A stretch of 64,000 nt of DNA from Chthoniobacterales bacterium (GCA_965217815.1 CBDCJI010000001.1:527088-591087), one strand, 5' to 3'; numbered from the stretch's first letter, positions 34,523 to 44,990 are shown. Numbers and translations: made by a program. The notes: generated by a model from the letters alone, not told the origin.

Positions 34523-35785
34523 ATGCCCACTCCACTCCGCTCCTTTCTCGAGATCGCCGCCGACTCCCATTTTCCTCTCGAAAACCTGCCCTATGGCATC
34601 TTTCGGCCTAACGACGAACCGGCCCGCGCCGGCGTGGCCGTGGGCGATCTCGTGCTCGATCTGGCCGTCTTCGAAGAAGCCGGCCATTTCCGCGCCGCCG
34701 GTTTGGGCGAACAGCCAATCTTCAACCGCACTTCGCTTAACGCCTTCCTCGCCCTCGGCCGTCCGGTTTGGGGCAAGGTGCGTGAAACCCTGCAGCACTT
34801 GCTCGCGGCCGAGACCGCCACCTTGCGCGACGACGAAGCGCTCCGGCAGCGCGCTTTCCATCGTCAGGACGCCGTCGCCATGCAGTTGCCCGCGCGGATC
34901 GGCGATTACACCGATTTCTATTCCTCCTACCACCACGCCTTCAACGTGGGAACCATGTTTCGCGGCCCGGAGAACGCCATCATGCCCAACTGGAAATGGC
35001 TCCCCATCGCCTATCACGGCCGGGCCAGCTCGATCGTGCCGAGCGGCGCCGAGGTCCGCCGGCCGCAGGGCCAGACGAAAGCGAAAGAGGCGGACGCGCC
35101 CACTTTCGGGCCGAGCAAAATGCTCGACTTCGAATTGGAAACCGCCTTCCTGATCGGTCCGCCTAACGAACTCGGCGAGCCTGTCCCGATTGCGCAAGCG
35201 CACGACCATATTTTCGGCGTCGTCCTCATGAACGACTGGAGCGCACGCGACATCCAGACCTGGGAATACCAGCCGCTCGGACCTTTCCTGGCCAAGAATT
35301 TTTGCACCAGCATCTCCCCCTGGGTCGTGACCATGGAAGCGCTCGAACCGTTTCGGAAACCGTTGCCGGCGCAAGATCCGGCGCCGCTGCCCTACTTGCG
35401 CGCGGCTCAGGATTTCGTTTTCGACGTGCAACTCGAAGTGCAATTGCAGACCGCGCAAATGAGCGCGCCCGCGACCATCACCCGCAGCAATTTGCGGAAT
35501 CTCTACTGGAGCATGGCGCAACAACTGGCCCACCACACCGTCGGCGGTTGCAACCTCCAGCCGGGCGACCTCCTGGCCAGCGGAACGATCAGCGGCCCGT
35601 CGGAAGAGGCCCGCGGCAGCATGCTCGAGCTCACCTGGCGCGGGGCGCAGCCACTCCAGCTGCCCGGCGGCGAGACCCGCCAGTGGCTCGAGGATGGCGA
35701 CCGCCTAACGATCACGGGCTGGGCCCAGGGCGACGGCTACCGGGTCGGTTTTGGCGAGGTCACGGGCCGGATTCGTTCGACCTAA
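34523..35785 (+). CDS. fahA: Fumarylacetoacetase
   Basis: MPTPLRSFLEIAADSHFPLENLPYGIFRP and overall FAH-family sequence. The start is the ATG at 34523 (or 34514); the track start at 34325 was rejected. Confidence 0.9.
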   Translation: MPTPLRSFLEIAADSHFPLENLPYGIFRPNDEPARAGVAVGDLVLDLAVFEEAGHFRAAGLGEQPIFNRTSLNAFLALGRPVWGKVRETLQHLLAAETATLRDDEALRQRAFHRQDAVAMQLPARIGDYTDFYSSYHHAFNVGTMFRGPENAIMPNWKWLPIAYHGRASSIVPSGAEVRRPQGQTKAKEADAPTFGPSKMLDFELETAFLIGPPNELGEPVPIAQAHDHIFGVVLMNDWSARDIQTWEYQPLGPFLAKNFCTSISPWVVTMEALEPFRKPLPAQDPAPLPYLRAAQDFVFDVQLEVQLQTAQMSAPATITRSNLRNLYWSMAQQLAHHTVGGCNLQPGDLLASGTISGPSEEARGSMLELTWRGAQPLQLPGGETRQWLEDGDRLTITGWAQGDGYRVGFGEVTGRIRST

Positions 35786-35871
35786 CGAAAACAGCCGGAC
35801 CGCAAAAAATTTCACTCTCCGCACTTTTTTGGTTGCATGCGGGAAAGGGAGCCAGCATAAAGAACGCTCTC

Positions 35872-36441
35872 GTGCATCGCTTTTCGCTTTTCCTTTCTCT
35901 CACCATCGGGCTTTCCGCCCTCGCCCTAACGAACGTGCGCGCGGCCGGGGAAGATAAATCCGTCACCCGATTTATTTTCAAAAATTCCGACGGCAAGATC
36001 GAGTCGGCCAAGGTGATTAGCGCTTATTCCGGCAAAGCGAGCTTTTTCCCCTTTGCCGTCCATCCGAGACTTTTTTCCCACGTCGATCCGAAGCTGGTGC
36101 GGGCGGCGACGATCGCCGACGAACGGGCCAACGCCCACTCCAAATCGCGCTGCTGGCGTTACGTCAAGCAGGCGCTGGTCGCCTCGGGCGCCGTCAGCTC
36201 TTATCCGAAAACGGAGTATGCGCGGCAGGCCGGTGACGAGCTGGTGCACAGCTTCGGCTGGACGCGGCTCTCGGTCCGCGATCCCTATCTGGCTCCGATC
36301 GGTTCGGTGCTCGTTTACGGTTCCGGCCGGGCCCCCGGCCATGTGGAGATTCGCACGGCGCGCGGGTTCGTGAGCGATTTTCGCGCCTCGACCCCTTCGA
36401 AGCGCCCGCTCATTGGCGTCTTCGCGAAGATTTCGGGTTAA
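35872..36441 (+). CDS. Secreted hypothetical protein with a Cys...His pair (possible papain-like/CHAP-like fold)
   Basis: A signal-peptide-like start (VHRFSLFLSLTIGLSALALTNVRA) at the GTG at 35872. SRCWRYVKQAL ... GHVEIR suggests a Cys/His hydrolase. The functional call is weak. Confidence 0.45.
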   Translation: MHRFSLFLSLTIGLSALALTNVRAAGEDKSVTRFIFKNSDGKIESAKVISAYSGKASFFPFAVHPRLFSHVDPKLVRAATIADERANAHSKSRCWRYVKQALVASGAVSSYPKTEYARQAGDELVHSFGWTRLSVRDPYLAPIGSVLVYGSGRAPGHVEIRTARGFVSDFRASTPSKRPLIGVFAKISG

Positions 36442-36451
36442 ACCCGGTGCG

Positions 36452-37060
36452 CTAAAACGGCGCTGGGGCGGCGACCAGGAACCAGCTCACCATCGTAAAG
36501 GCGATCACGAGCTTGCCGAGCAAGGCGCCGAGGTTGCCTAACAATGCTCCCCAACTGGCCCGGCCAGCGGCGATCAACCGTTTCCCGGCGATCAACTCCC
36601 CGGCGAGCGTGCCGATGATCGGGCCGAGCAGGAGCCCGGGCAGCCCGAAAAAGAGGCCAATGAGCGCGCCCAAAAAGGCTCCCAACATGCCCCAGCGGGT
36701 CGCGCCGAACCGCCGCGCGCCGGCCCAGCCGGCCACGAATTCGATCGCGTAGGAGGCGGCGGTGAGGAGAACAAGGATGGCGAGGGTCGGCCAGCCAATG
36801 CTTTTCTCCGGGCCGAGCATGGAGCGGTGCAGAATGGCCGCGCCCAGAATGATCGCGGTCCCGGGAAAAACCGGCAGGACCGTGCCGATGATGCCGAGCG
36901 CCATGAGGATGATTGTGACCATCCACCAGAAAAGCTCCACGCGGGGAATATAGCCGAGGCGGTTCGCGCAGCCCGACCCAAATTGCGATGGCGCGCGCGC
37001 CCTCAGGTCGCCCTGCGCCGCGGATGGAATCGCGCTCATGCCGAGCCCGCTCCTTGACAA
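36452..37060 (-). CDS. DUF456-like small membrane protein
   Basis: Four TM helices and a pattern (GTVLPVFPGTAIILGAAILH ... ARRFGATRWG) typical of DUF456. Confidence 0.65.
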   Translation of the reverse strand: MSRSGLGMSAIPSAAQGDLRARAPSQFGSGCANRLGYIPRVELFWWMVTIILMALGIIGTVLPVFPGTAIILGAAILHRSMLGPEKSIGWPTLAILVLLTAASYAIEFVAGWAGARRFGATRWGMLGAFLGALIGLFFGLPGLLLGPIIGTLAGELIAGKRLIAAGRASWGALLGNLGALLGKLVIAFTMVSWFLVAAPAPF

Positions 37061-37104
37061 GGCAGGGCGTGTCCGCGAGCCTGCCCGTCCACAAAATCCG
37101 ACTC

Positions 37105-37356
37105 ATGGCCAACTCTAAATCCGCCGCCAAGCGCGCCCGTCAAAATCCCAACCGCACCTTGCGCAATCGCAGCGTGACCACCCACTTGCGTTCGCTGGGC
37201 AAGCGCCACGCCGCCGGCGGGGGGAAGACGGAGGACAAGCAGGCCCTCATTTCCGCGCTCGACCGGGCTGCCAAGCGGGGAGTCATCCACAAAAATGCGG
37301 CCAATCGCCACAAATCGCGCCTCAACAAAGCGGCTGCGAAAGCGCCGGCCGCCTAA
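37105..37356 (+). CDS. rpsT: 30S ribosomal protein S20
   Basis: MANSKSAAKRARQNPNRTLRNRSV is the canonical S20 N-terminus. The ATG at 37105 is used. Confidence 0.92.
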   Translation: MANSKSAAKRARQNPNRTLRNRSVTTHLRSLGKRHAAGGGKTEDKQALISALDRAAKRGVIHKNAANRHKSRLNKAAAKAPAA

Positions 37357-37425
37357 CGCTTCTCTCTGTTCTCGGGCAGAGACCGGGAAACAAGCGTTGC
37401 CATCTCGCGCAGAAGAGTTGAAGTT

Positions 37426-38022
37426 TTGCCCATGATTCCTGCGCTCTTTTTGATCCTGGCCGCCGTTATTTACCGGGTCGCGGCCGCTCTTGTGGTCCAA
37501 AATGGCGGGGCCAGTTGGCTCTCGAATTTCGCCCCGCTCGCGGCCCTTGCTCTCTGCGGCGCGATCTATTTCCCGAAGAAATATAAATTTACCGTTCCCT
37601 TCGCGGCCCTCCTTTTTTCCGATATCGCGCTCAATCTTTACTACGGTGCTTCCCTCTTCGATCCGCTCATTCTCTGCCGTTATTTTGCCTTTGCGCTGGT
37701 CGGTTTACTCGGCTGGGCCATCAGCCGGCGCGCCTCGCTCAAGACCATCCTGCCCGCCGCCTTCGTCGGTTCGACCTTCTTCTACCTCGTGACCAATTTC
37801 TTTTCCTGGCTGACCGATCCCGGCTACCTCAAGAATTTCGCCGGCTTGATCCAGGCGCTGACCGTCGGTCTGCCGCAATACGGGGCCACGCCGACCTGGA
37901 TGTTTTTCCGTAACTCGCTCGTGAGCGATCTTCTTTTCACCCTTCTCTTCGTCGCCTGCATGCATTGGAGCGCGTCCCCCCGGCGTCGCCCGGTGGCCGT
38001 TTCGCGCCCGCTGCCCAGTTAA
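37426..38022 (+). CDS. Polytopic membrane protein, hypothetical
   Basis: 198 aa with about 6 hydrophobic helices. I recognise no family confidently. Confidence 0.55.
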   Translation: MPMIPALFLILAAVIYRVAAALVVQNGGASWLSNFAPLAALALCGAIYFPKKYKFTVPFAALLFSDIALNLYYGASLFDPLILCRYFAFALVGLLGWAISRRASLKTILPAAFVGSTFFYLVTNFFSWLTDPGYLKNFAGLIQALTVGLPQYGATPTWMFFRNSLVSDLLFTLLFVACMHWSASPRRRPVAVSRPLPS

Positions 38023-38027
38023 TCTCG

Positions 38028-39056
38028 ATGGCGCAGCCGGAGCAACGCGACGAGGTCGAGATGCTCGCGACGATGCTGTTGATTCGCCGCTTCGAGGAGC
38101 GCGCGAGCCAGCAGTATCAAGCGCAGAAAATCGGCGGGTTCTGTCATCTTTACATCGGCCAGGAAGCGGTCGTGACCGGCGCCGTCGCCGCCACCCGGCC
38201 GGACGATTATCTCATCACGGCCTATCGCGACCATGCCCACGCCCTGGCCCGCGGGACGAGCGCCGACGCCTGCATGGCGGAGCTTTTCGGCAAAGCGACC
38301 GGCTGCTCGCGCGGCCTCGGTGGGTCGATGCATTATTTCGACAAAGAGCACCACATGTACGGCGGCCACGCCATCGTCGGCGCGCATGTTCCGCTCGCGG
38401 CGGGAATGGCTTTTGCCTCAAAATATCGGAAGGAAGATCGCGTCACCCTCTGCTTCTTCGGCGACGGCGCGATTAATCAAGGCAGCTTCCACGAAGCGCT
38501 CAATCTGGCCGGGCTTTTCAAGCTGCCGGTGATTTTTATCTGCGAAAATAACTTCTTCGCCATGGGCACATCCACGAAACGCTCGACCTCGCTCGAGCAG
38601 ATCGCCGATCGCGCGGAGGGCTACGACATGCCGAGCGTGATCCTCGATGGCATGAGCTTCCGCGAGGTGCGCGACAAACTAAGCGAGCTGATCGCCTCCA
38701 TTCGCAAAGATCCGCATCCCGCTTTTGTCGAGGCGCGGACTTATCGCTATCGCGGGCATTCCATGTCGGACCCGGCGAGCTATCGGACGAAGGAAGAGCT
38801 GGAAAAATATCGGCTCGAGGATCCGATCACGCGCTTGCGCGCGCAGCTCACCCGGGAGGAGAAATTGACCAACGAGCAGTTCGATAAAATGGACAAGGCG
38901 GCCAAAGAGGCAGCCATGAGCAGTGTAAAATTTGCCGAGAAAAGTCCGGAGCCGCCGCTCGACCAACTCTACGATTACACCTTCGCCAACGACGTCCCCG
39001 AAGCGCCCAAAGTCTCCTCGAAAAAAGTCCGCCAGACCGTTTCAAAAAAATCGTGA
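38028..39056 (+). CDS. pdhA: Pyruvate dehydrogenase E1 component, alpha subunit
   Basis: RRFEERASQQYQAQKIGGFCHLYIGQEA, the GDGAINQG TPP motif, and YRYRGHSMSDP. Confidence 0.92.
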   Translation: MAQPEQRDEVEMLATMLLIRRFEERASQQYQAQKIGGFCHLYIGQEAVVTGAVAATRPDDYLITAYRDHAHALARGTSADACMAELFGKATGCSRGLGGSMHYFDKEHHMYGGHAIVGAHVPLAAGMAFASKYRKEDRVTLCFFGDGAINQGSFHEALNLAGLFKLPVIFICENNFFAMGTSTKRSTSLEQIADRAEGYDMPSVILDGMSFREVRDKLSELIASIRKDPHPAFVEARTYRYRGHSMSDPASYRTKEELEKYRLEDPITRLRAQLTREEKLTNEQFDKMDKAAKEAAMSSVKFAEKSPEPPLDQLYDYTFANDVPEAPKVSSKKVRQTVSKKS

Positions 39057-40030
39057 GGGAAATAACCTACCGCCAGGCCCTCAACGAAGCGCTCGCCGAG
39101 GAGATCGAGCGCGACCCGAATGTCTTCCTCATCGGCGAAGAAGTCGCCGAGTACAACGGCGCTTACAAAGTCAGCCAGGGGCTGCTCGACCGCTTCGGGC
39201 CCAATCGCATCATCGACACCCCGATCAGCGAGAACGGTTTTGCCGGGCTCGGCATCGGCGCGGCCATGGTTGGGCTGCGGCCCATCGTTGAGTTCATGAC
39301 CTTCAGCTTTTCGTTGGTCGCCTTCGACCAGATCGTGAACAACGCGCCCAACATGCTCACCATGTCGGGCGGGCAGTTCAACGTCCCGATCACTTTCCGC
39401 GGACCGAACGGCCCGGCCCATCAGCTCGGCGCGACTCATTCGCACGCCACCGAGTGCCTTTACGCGAACGTCCCGGGCCTAAAAATCTGCACCCCGGCGA
39501 CCCCGCGCGACGCCAAGGGATTGCTCAAGACCGCCGTGCGCGACAACAACCCCGTCCTCGTCCTCGAGTGCGAACTTTTTTACAGCCATAAAGGCATGGT
39601 CGAAGACGAAGACGAGGAACTCCTGATTCCGTTAGGCGAGGCCGAGCTCAAGCAGGAAGGAAGCGACGTCACGATTATCTGCTACGCCCAAACCGTGCCC
39701 CTGGCCCTGGTCGCGGCGGAGCAGCTGGCCGAGAAAAAAATCAGCGCCGAAGTCCTCGACCTGCGCTCGATCAAGCCGCTCGATTGGGCGGCGGTTTTCG
39801 CTTCCGTCAGCAAAACCCATCGCGTCGTCATCGCCGAGCAGGATCGCCCCTTCTGCGGGGTCGGCTCCGAGATCGCCTACCGCATCCAGGAGGAAATCTT
39901 CGACGAACTCGACGCCCCCATCCAGCGCGTCGCCCAAGAAGAAGTTCCCATGCCCTATAACGAAGCGCTCGAAAAAGCCGTCCTCCCGAGCGCCGAGAAA
40001 ATCGTCGCCGCGGTCCAGAAGATTTGTTAG
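39053..40030 (+). CDS. pdhB: Pyruvate dehydrogenase E1 component, beta subunit
   Basis: ITYRQALNEALAEEIERDPNVFLIGEEVAEYNGAYKVS and overall E1-beta sequence. It overlaps the pdhA stop. Confidence 0.95.
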   Translation: MREITYRQALNEALAEEIERDPNVFLIGEEVAEYNGAYKVSQGLLDRFGPNRIIDTPISENGFAGLGIGAAMVGLRPIVEFMTFSFSLVAFDQIVNNAPNMLTMSGGQFNVPITFRGPNGPAHQLGATHSHATECLYANVPGLKICTPATPRDAKGLLKTAVRDNNPVLVLECELFYSHKGMVEDEDEELLIPLGEAELKQEGSDVTIICYAQTVPLALVAAEQLAEKKISAEVLDLRSIKPLDWAAVFASVSKTHRVVIAEQDRPFCGVGSEIAYRIQEEIFDELDAPIQRVAQEEVPMPYNEALEKAVLPSAEKIVAAVQKIC

Positions 40031-40040
40031 GCCCTAACGA
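40024..40040. repeat. Inverted pair of the dispersed word (TTGTTAGG-CC-CTAACGA) at the pdhB stop codon
   Basis: ttgttaggccctaacga: the pdhB TAG stop (40028-40030) lies inside the left half. Confidence 0.8.
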
Positions 40041-40055
40041 AGGAGATTTTCCGTC

Positions 40056-41372
40056 ATGCCTGAGATTCAAATGCCGAAACTGAGCGACACCATGACCGAA
40101 GGGACGCTCGTGAGTTGGAAGAAAAAAGTGGGCGACAAAGTCGCGGCTGGCGAAATCCTGGCCGAGATCGAGACCGACAAGGCGACCATGGAATGGGAAG
40201 CGACCGACGAAGGCGTCCTCAAAGAAATTTACGTCGAGGAAGGCGGGAAAGTGAACGTGGGCGACCGGATCGCGTTCGTCGGCGGCGAAGATGAAGAAGC
40301 GCCCGCAGCTGGCGACCAAGCAGCAGAAAAGAAAGCGCCCGCCGCTGACGAGGAAGAGCCGGTGGCTGACGACGAAGGCACGGAAAAGGAAGAACCCGCC
40401 GAAGAACCTCAAAAAGCGCCCGCCAAAAAGAAAGCGAAGCCCGCCCCTCCCGCGAAAGAGGAAGCAGCGCCCCAGGCCGAGAAATCCGCAGCCACCCGCA
40501 TCAAAGCCTCCCCGCTCGCGCGCAAAGTCGCCGAAGAAAAAGGCATCGACCTGACCACGCTAAAAGGCAGCGGTCCCGGCGGACGGATCGTCGAAAAGGA
40601 CCTTGTAGAGTCGGCTGTCTCAGCCGAAAAAAGCCCGGCGAAACCGAGCAAAGCGCCCGCGCCCGAAATCGCCGCCGGCGAAACCGCCCGGATCAATCTC
40701 ACCGGCATGCGCAAAGTCATCGCCGAACGCCTTGTTTCCAGCCTCGGCCCGGTCCCGCATTTTTACCTCAACATCGAGATCGACGCCGACGCCCTCATGC
40801 GCGTCCGCGCCGAATTGAAATCGGGCGCCGAAGAAGACGACGCCAGCAAAATTACGGTCAACGATTTCATCCTCAAAGGCGCGGTCGTGGCCGCTTTACG
40901 CGAGCCCAAAGTCAATGCCGCCTTCGACGGCGACGCCATCATCCACTATGGCGACGTCAACCTCGCCGTCGCCGTGGCCATCGACGAAGGCCTGGTCACC
41001 CCAGTCATCCGCGGCGCCCAAAACAAGTCGCTCCGCGAGATCAGCGCCGCGGTCAAAGACCTCGCCCACCGCGCGCGCAACAAGCGGATGAAGCCGGAAG
41101 AATTCCAGGGCGGCACCCTGACCGTCTCAAACCTTGGCAGCTACGGCATCGATTCCTTCTCCGCCATCATCAACCCGCCCCAGGCCATCATCCTCTCCAT
41201 CGGCGCCATCGTTAGGCAGCCGGTCGTGAACAAAGACGACGAGATCGTCCCCGGATACCGGATGAAGATCGGGATGAGTTGCGACCACCGCGTGGTCGAT
41301 GGCGCCATCGGCGCGAATTACTTGAAAGTCCTCCGCCAGCTCTTGGAAAATCCATCGCTTCTTCTTTTGTAG
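40056..41372 (+). CDS. pdhC: Dihydrolipoamide acetyltransferase (E2) of the pyruvate dehydrogenase complex
   Basis: N-terminal lipoyl domain ([10 protein letters not shown]), an Ala/Pro/Glu linker, a subunit-binding domain ([16 protein letters not shown]) and the catalytic DHRVVDGA motif. Confidence 0.93.
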   Translation: MPEIQMPKLSDTMTEGTLVSWKKKVGDKVAAGEILAEIETDKATMEWEATDEGVLKEIYVEEGGKVNVGDRIAFVGGEDEEAPAAGDQAAEKKAPAADEEEPVADDEGTEKEEPAEEPQKAPAKKKAKPAPPAKEEAAPQAEKSAATRIKASPLARKVAEEKGIDLTTLKGSGPGGRIVEKDLVESAVSAEKSPAKPSKAPAPEIAAGETARINLTGMRKVIAERLVSSLGPVPHFYLNIEIDADALMRVRAELKSGAEEDDASKITVNDFILKGAVVAALREPKVNAAFDGDAIIHYGDVNLAVAVAIDEGLVTPVIRGAQNKSLREISAAVKDLAHRARNKRMKPEEFQGGTLTVSNLGSYGIDSFSAIINPPQAIILSIGAIVRQPVVNKDDEIVPGYRMKIGMSCDHRVVDGAIGANYLKVLRQLLENPSLLLL

Positions 41373-41804
41373 CCGCCCGCTCCGCAATATATACATCGAC
41401 CAGCCCAACATACAGGGCGGCCCAGTCATCCTCCCCAGCTCTGATGAAAGTAACTCATGGGCAAAGGAATCCCGGCCTTGACGATATAATGCAGCGAGGG
41501 TGGTTCACTTGAAGCTGGCGAAGCGATCGTTTCGTAGCTGGAGGCCCAAGTTTAGTCTATCCGTGCAACCGTTCCTAATTTCGCGCTGCCTGCTGCTACC
41601 ATGCTCGCATGCGACTCAGATCGAATTGTCTTAGGTAAACATTCCTTTCCGGGAGGCTGCCCCTAATATAGCCCCTAATATTGCCGAAAGCACCGCGCCG
41701 CCTGGCCCGCTCACCCCTAACATCAACGGCGTGGTCAGGCGAAGCTCGATGTTCGACAGTCTGGCGATCTCAGTTACTTTTCCGTCGACTCCCCGCCCAA
41801 CGAG

Positions 41805-42770
41805 ATGAAGAAGAAAACAAGATCGAAGCCGAATGCCGACCTCGTTCCGAAACGGCCGAGGGCGCGAGATTGGCCGAAAGCAGAGCTAAGAAAATTTAAA
41901 GCGAATTTATTCCAACCCGTCGATCCTCTGCCCTTGGGAATCTTCCGTTTCCTCTTTGGCCTTTTGTTATGTATCGAGTTTTTCGTCGTCAGCCGGGAGA
42001 CTTTTCCTTCGGATTATATCAAGCCCGTCTTCCATTTTACTTATCCGCTGTTCGACTTATTTGGGCTAAAGCCCCTTTCTAAGTCCTATCTATGGGTGAT
42101 TTTCCACGTCCTGCGCATCTCGACGGTTGGAATTATGCTGGGCCTCTTTACGCGAATCTCGCTGATCGTCTTTACTTCGGCCTTCGGATATTTCTTCTTC
42201 ATGGAAAGCGCTGTTTACAGCAACCATTACTATCTCATTTTCCTCCTCTCCTTTTTAATGTGCTTCGGCCATGCTGGCTCCATATTTTCTTTCGACAGTT
42301 TAATCTATAAAAAGTCTCGAAGGGAACAGGTCGATTACTGGGAGTTATTTTTGTTACGTTTCCAAATTTGTATCGTGTTTTTTTTCGGGGCCCTGGCAAA
42401 ATTGAATGCGGATTGGCTAATCTACGCCGCGCCCCTTTATTTGAATCTAATCAAGCATTTTTCGTTGCTGGGCTATGCCCTGCAAGAAAAATGGATGGCG
42501 GTTGTCCTAAGCTGGGGAGGGATGCTATCGGACCTTGGGTTAGGGACATTGTTATTGGTCAATCGCTGGCACAAGTTAACCTTTATTTGGCTTTGCCTGT
42601 TCAACGGCGTGAATGTTCTGTTCTTCGGTCTAGGAATCAAAACGTTCCCCTATTTAATGATCTCCAGTTACGTCTTGTTCCTACCCGCCCCTATGGTAAG
42701 AGAATCGATTGGGCGTTTCTTGAACGGCAGCTTATCGAAATATGTATCTTCGAGATTGGATAAGGCATGA
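41805..42770 (+). CDS. HTTM-domain protein (vitamin K-dependent gamma-carboxylase-like membrane domain), N-terminal part
   Basis: VDPLPLGIFRFLFGLLLCIEFF and a multi-TM architecture typical of HTTM. AT-richer composition than its flanks. Confidence 0.8.
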   Translation: MKKKTRSKPNADLVPKRPRARDWPKAELRKFKANLFQPVDPLPLGIFRFLFGLLLCIEFFVVSRETFPSDYIKPVFHFTYPLFDLFGLKPLSKSYLWVIFHVLRISTVGIMLGLFTRISLIVFTSAFGYFFFMESAVYSNHYYLIFLLSFLMCFGHAGSIFSFDSLIYKKSRREQVDYWELFLLRFQICIVFFFGALAKLNADWLIYAAPLYLNLIKHFSLLGYALQEKWMAVVLSWGGMLSDLGLGTLLLVNRWHKLTFIWLCLFNGVNVLFFGLGIKTFPYLMISSYVLFLPAPMVRESIGRFLNGSLSKYVSSRLDKA

Positions 42771-43267
42771 CGGGAATGATGACCCATAGTGAAGGCAAGC
42801 CCAGAAAGGGATCGCCTTGGGTTCTCGGATTTGTCGTCGTCTACACATCTCTACAAATCCTCATCCCATTACGGCATTTCCTCTATAAGAGAGACCTGCA
42901 GTGGACGCACGAAGGAAGCAACTTTTCTTGGCGGATGATGGCGGATCACCACGAAACTAATGGGAGCATCACCATTGAAGATCCTCGGACAAGGAATGTT
43001 TATCTTCATTCTCCCGAGAGATTATTGAGCGATAAACAGTTAGTCATGGTGAACTCTCCCTACATGCTGCTTCAATACATCCAATTCTTGAAGCCCTTCT
43101 TGAAAGAACAAGCGGATATTACAGATCCCATTATCAGGGCCGACATTCAGGCCTCTGTAAATGGCAAGCCGTTCCAATCTCTGTATGACCCGGCTTGCGA
43201 TCTAGCAAAGGTCACGTATTCGCCCTTTAAGGACTTAAAATGGATCGTACCCTTAAAGAAAGAGTGA
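42767..43267 (+). CDS. C-terminal continuation of the HTTM/gamma-carboxylase-like protein, encoded in a different frame
   Basis: It contains a last TM (SPWVLGFVVVYTSLQILIPLRHFLY) and the WTHEGSNFSWRMM segment that in single-chain HTTM proteins follows the membrane domain. It overlaps the upstream ORF by ATGA. Confidence 0.6.
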   Translation: MTGMMTHSEGKPRKGSPWVLGFVVVYTSLQILIPLRHFLYKRDLQWTHEGSNFSWRMMADHHETNGSITIEDPRTRNVYLHSPERLLSDKQLVMVNSPYMLLQYIQFLKPFLKEQADITDPIIRADIQASVNGKPFQSLYDPACDLAKVTYSPFKDLKWIVPLKKE

Positions 43268-43567
43268 TGATCAAAGCTTTTTCCTAGCCTTGGCGCCTTG
43301 GTGCAAGAGCGGTCGCAGTGTTGCTTCTTCGTTTGCGGGTGATCTTTTAGCCCGCTTATGACACAGTATCCGCAATTAAAACCCCGGCACGATCATGAGC
43401 ATTTTTCCCGACCGAGAGGTCAGTGAAGTTCTGATCCAAACCGCCATCGGCGACGTGGCTTCGGTCATTACCACGCACTCGGTTGAGATAATGAAGCGAA
43501 AGGTGGGCGACAAAGCCTTCGCCGTTACGGAGAAACGATTAAACACGACCGTCAAACCCATTCGCAA

Positions 43568-44311
43568 ATGAAAATATTTTCCATCCTGCTAAGTCTTAGT
43601 TTGGCGCTCAGCGCCCAGGCGGCCCAGCTCACCGTCCACGCCGCCGCCAGCCTTACGGATGCGATAAAGCAAATTAGCGCGACCTATGAGAAACAAAGCG
43701 GCGACCAGTTGCGCTTGAACTTTGATGCCTCCAGCATCCTCGCCCGGCAAATCGAGGAGGGTGCCCCAGGCGATATCTTTCTCTCCGCGGACGAAGCGAA
43801 GATGGACCAACTGGAGAAAGCGCACCGGCTCGCGCCGGGCACGCGGAAGAGTCTGCTGAGTAACACGCTCGTCATCGTGGTGCCGACGGAGGGGGGTTTG
43901 CCGATTCACTCCGCCGCCGACTTGGCGGAAGGACAAATCAAGAAAATCGCGCTGGCGCAACCGAGCACGGTGCCGGCCGGCATCTACGCCAAAGAATATC
44001 TCACTGCGCAACGACTCTGGGACAAGGTTTCCGCCAAAGTCATCCCGACCCAGAACGTGCGCGCGGCGCTCGCCGCGGTCGAGAGCGGGAATGTGGAAGC
44101 CGGGTTCGTTTATAAGACCGACGCTCTCATTTCAAAGAAGGTGAAGATAGCCTGGGAGATCCCGGCGGCGGCGGGGCCGAAGATCAGTTATCCGGTGGCC
44201 GCCCTGGCCGGATCATCTGACCTCCCGGCCTCGAAGAAGTTCCTGGTCTATCTTGAAAGTGAGCCGGCCTTGGCGGTCTTCCGCAAATTCGGTTTCACCG
44301 TCGCGAGATAG
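43568..44311 (+). CDS. modA: Molybdate ABC transporter substrate-binding protein
   Basis: Signal peptide, LTVHAAASLTDA, and DIFLSADEAKMD, which are typical of ModA. No modB/modC follows. Confidence 0.88.
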   Translation: MKIFSILLSLSLALSAQAAQLTVHAAASLTDAIKQISATYEKQSGDQLRLNFDASSILARQIEEGAPGDIFLSADEAKMDQLEKAHRLAPGTRKSLLSNTLVIVVPTEGGLPIHSAADLAEGQIKKIALAQPSTVPAGIYAKEYLTAQRLWDKVSAKVIPTQNVRAALAAVESGNVEAGFVYKTDALISKKVKIAWEIPAAAGPKISYPVAALAGSSDLPASKKFLVYLESEPALAVFRKFGFTVAR

Positions 44312-44333
44312 CCGGCGCGGAGAGTGTTCGGCG

Positions 44334-44565
44334 GGGCTTAACGCTTTGCCCCGACGGTTACGAGCACGACCTGGCGCAGCGGCTCCCCGTTGCCGAAACG
44401 CTGCACGGCGTCCAGGATTTCAATGCCCGCTAAATGGCCTTCCGCGTCGAACTCCAGCGCGACGCCCGCGGCGCCCCGCTGGCTCGTCGCCGTGGTCTCC
44501 CTTAAAGGTGCTCAGCGCATCGCATTCTTCTTCGTAGCCGATCATCTCGATCAAGCCGCCTGTGG
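44334..44565 (-). pseudogene. Frameshifted DUF2283-like remnant
   Basis: One minus-strand frame gives IGYEEECDALSTFKGDHGDEPAG. A second frame, with no start codon, gives GVALEFDAEGHLAGIEILDAVQRFG. Together they resemble one DUF2283 domain broken by a frameshift. Confidence 0.4.
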
Positions 44566-44574
44566 CATCTCGTT

Positions 44575-44990
44575 GTAAGTCCGGCCGCCCAGCTCACGCC
44601 CGGTGCCCAGTTGCGCGACGATGCGTCGGCTTCGTCGTGCATGTCCCGCGCGAGAGCGTCGCGCTGGTCGTCCCGCAGGCGTTCGAATTGGCGCTCGCTC
44701 AGTTTGGCTTTGGCGAGCAGGGTGTTGTTGCTGTTCGCGCTGGCGTAGGCCATGAGGGCGCCCGCGGTACGTATGGCGTAGGCGACCATTTGGTCCTGAA
44801 AGCCTTTCTTGTCGACGGTGATACCGGTAGTCACTCCGCTTTGCGCCTGCGCGAGGGAGTCGATCAGCGCAATGCTGTCGAGCAGGTTTTGTGTTGGGTG
44901 ACCATCGCCGGCACGGCGGCGAAGGGGGCGGCGTGGTCGGTGGGGGCCCGGCCGGTGGCGCGGTCCCTGCCGAGTTTGTTTTCCTGTCGG
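44575..44990 (-). pseudogene. Start-less, frameshifted ORF fragment of unknown family
   Basis: The minus-strand frame reads ..NLLDSIALIDSLAQAQSGVTTGITVDKKGFQDQMVAYAIRTAGALMAYASANSNNTLLAKAKLSERQFERLRDDQRDALARDMHDEADA. It has no canonical upstream start, and its 3' end continues more plausibly in another frame (RIVAQLGTGRELGGRTYNEMPQAA). Confidence 0.3.

Noticed and set aside
43300-43567. Possible molybdenum-cofactor (Moco) riboswitch upstream of modA
   Set aside because: The genomic context fits and short pieces (CCGAGAGG, GAAAGG) are present. However, I cannot recall or reconstruct the consensus reliably enough to call it. It should be tested with the Rfam Moco model.
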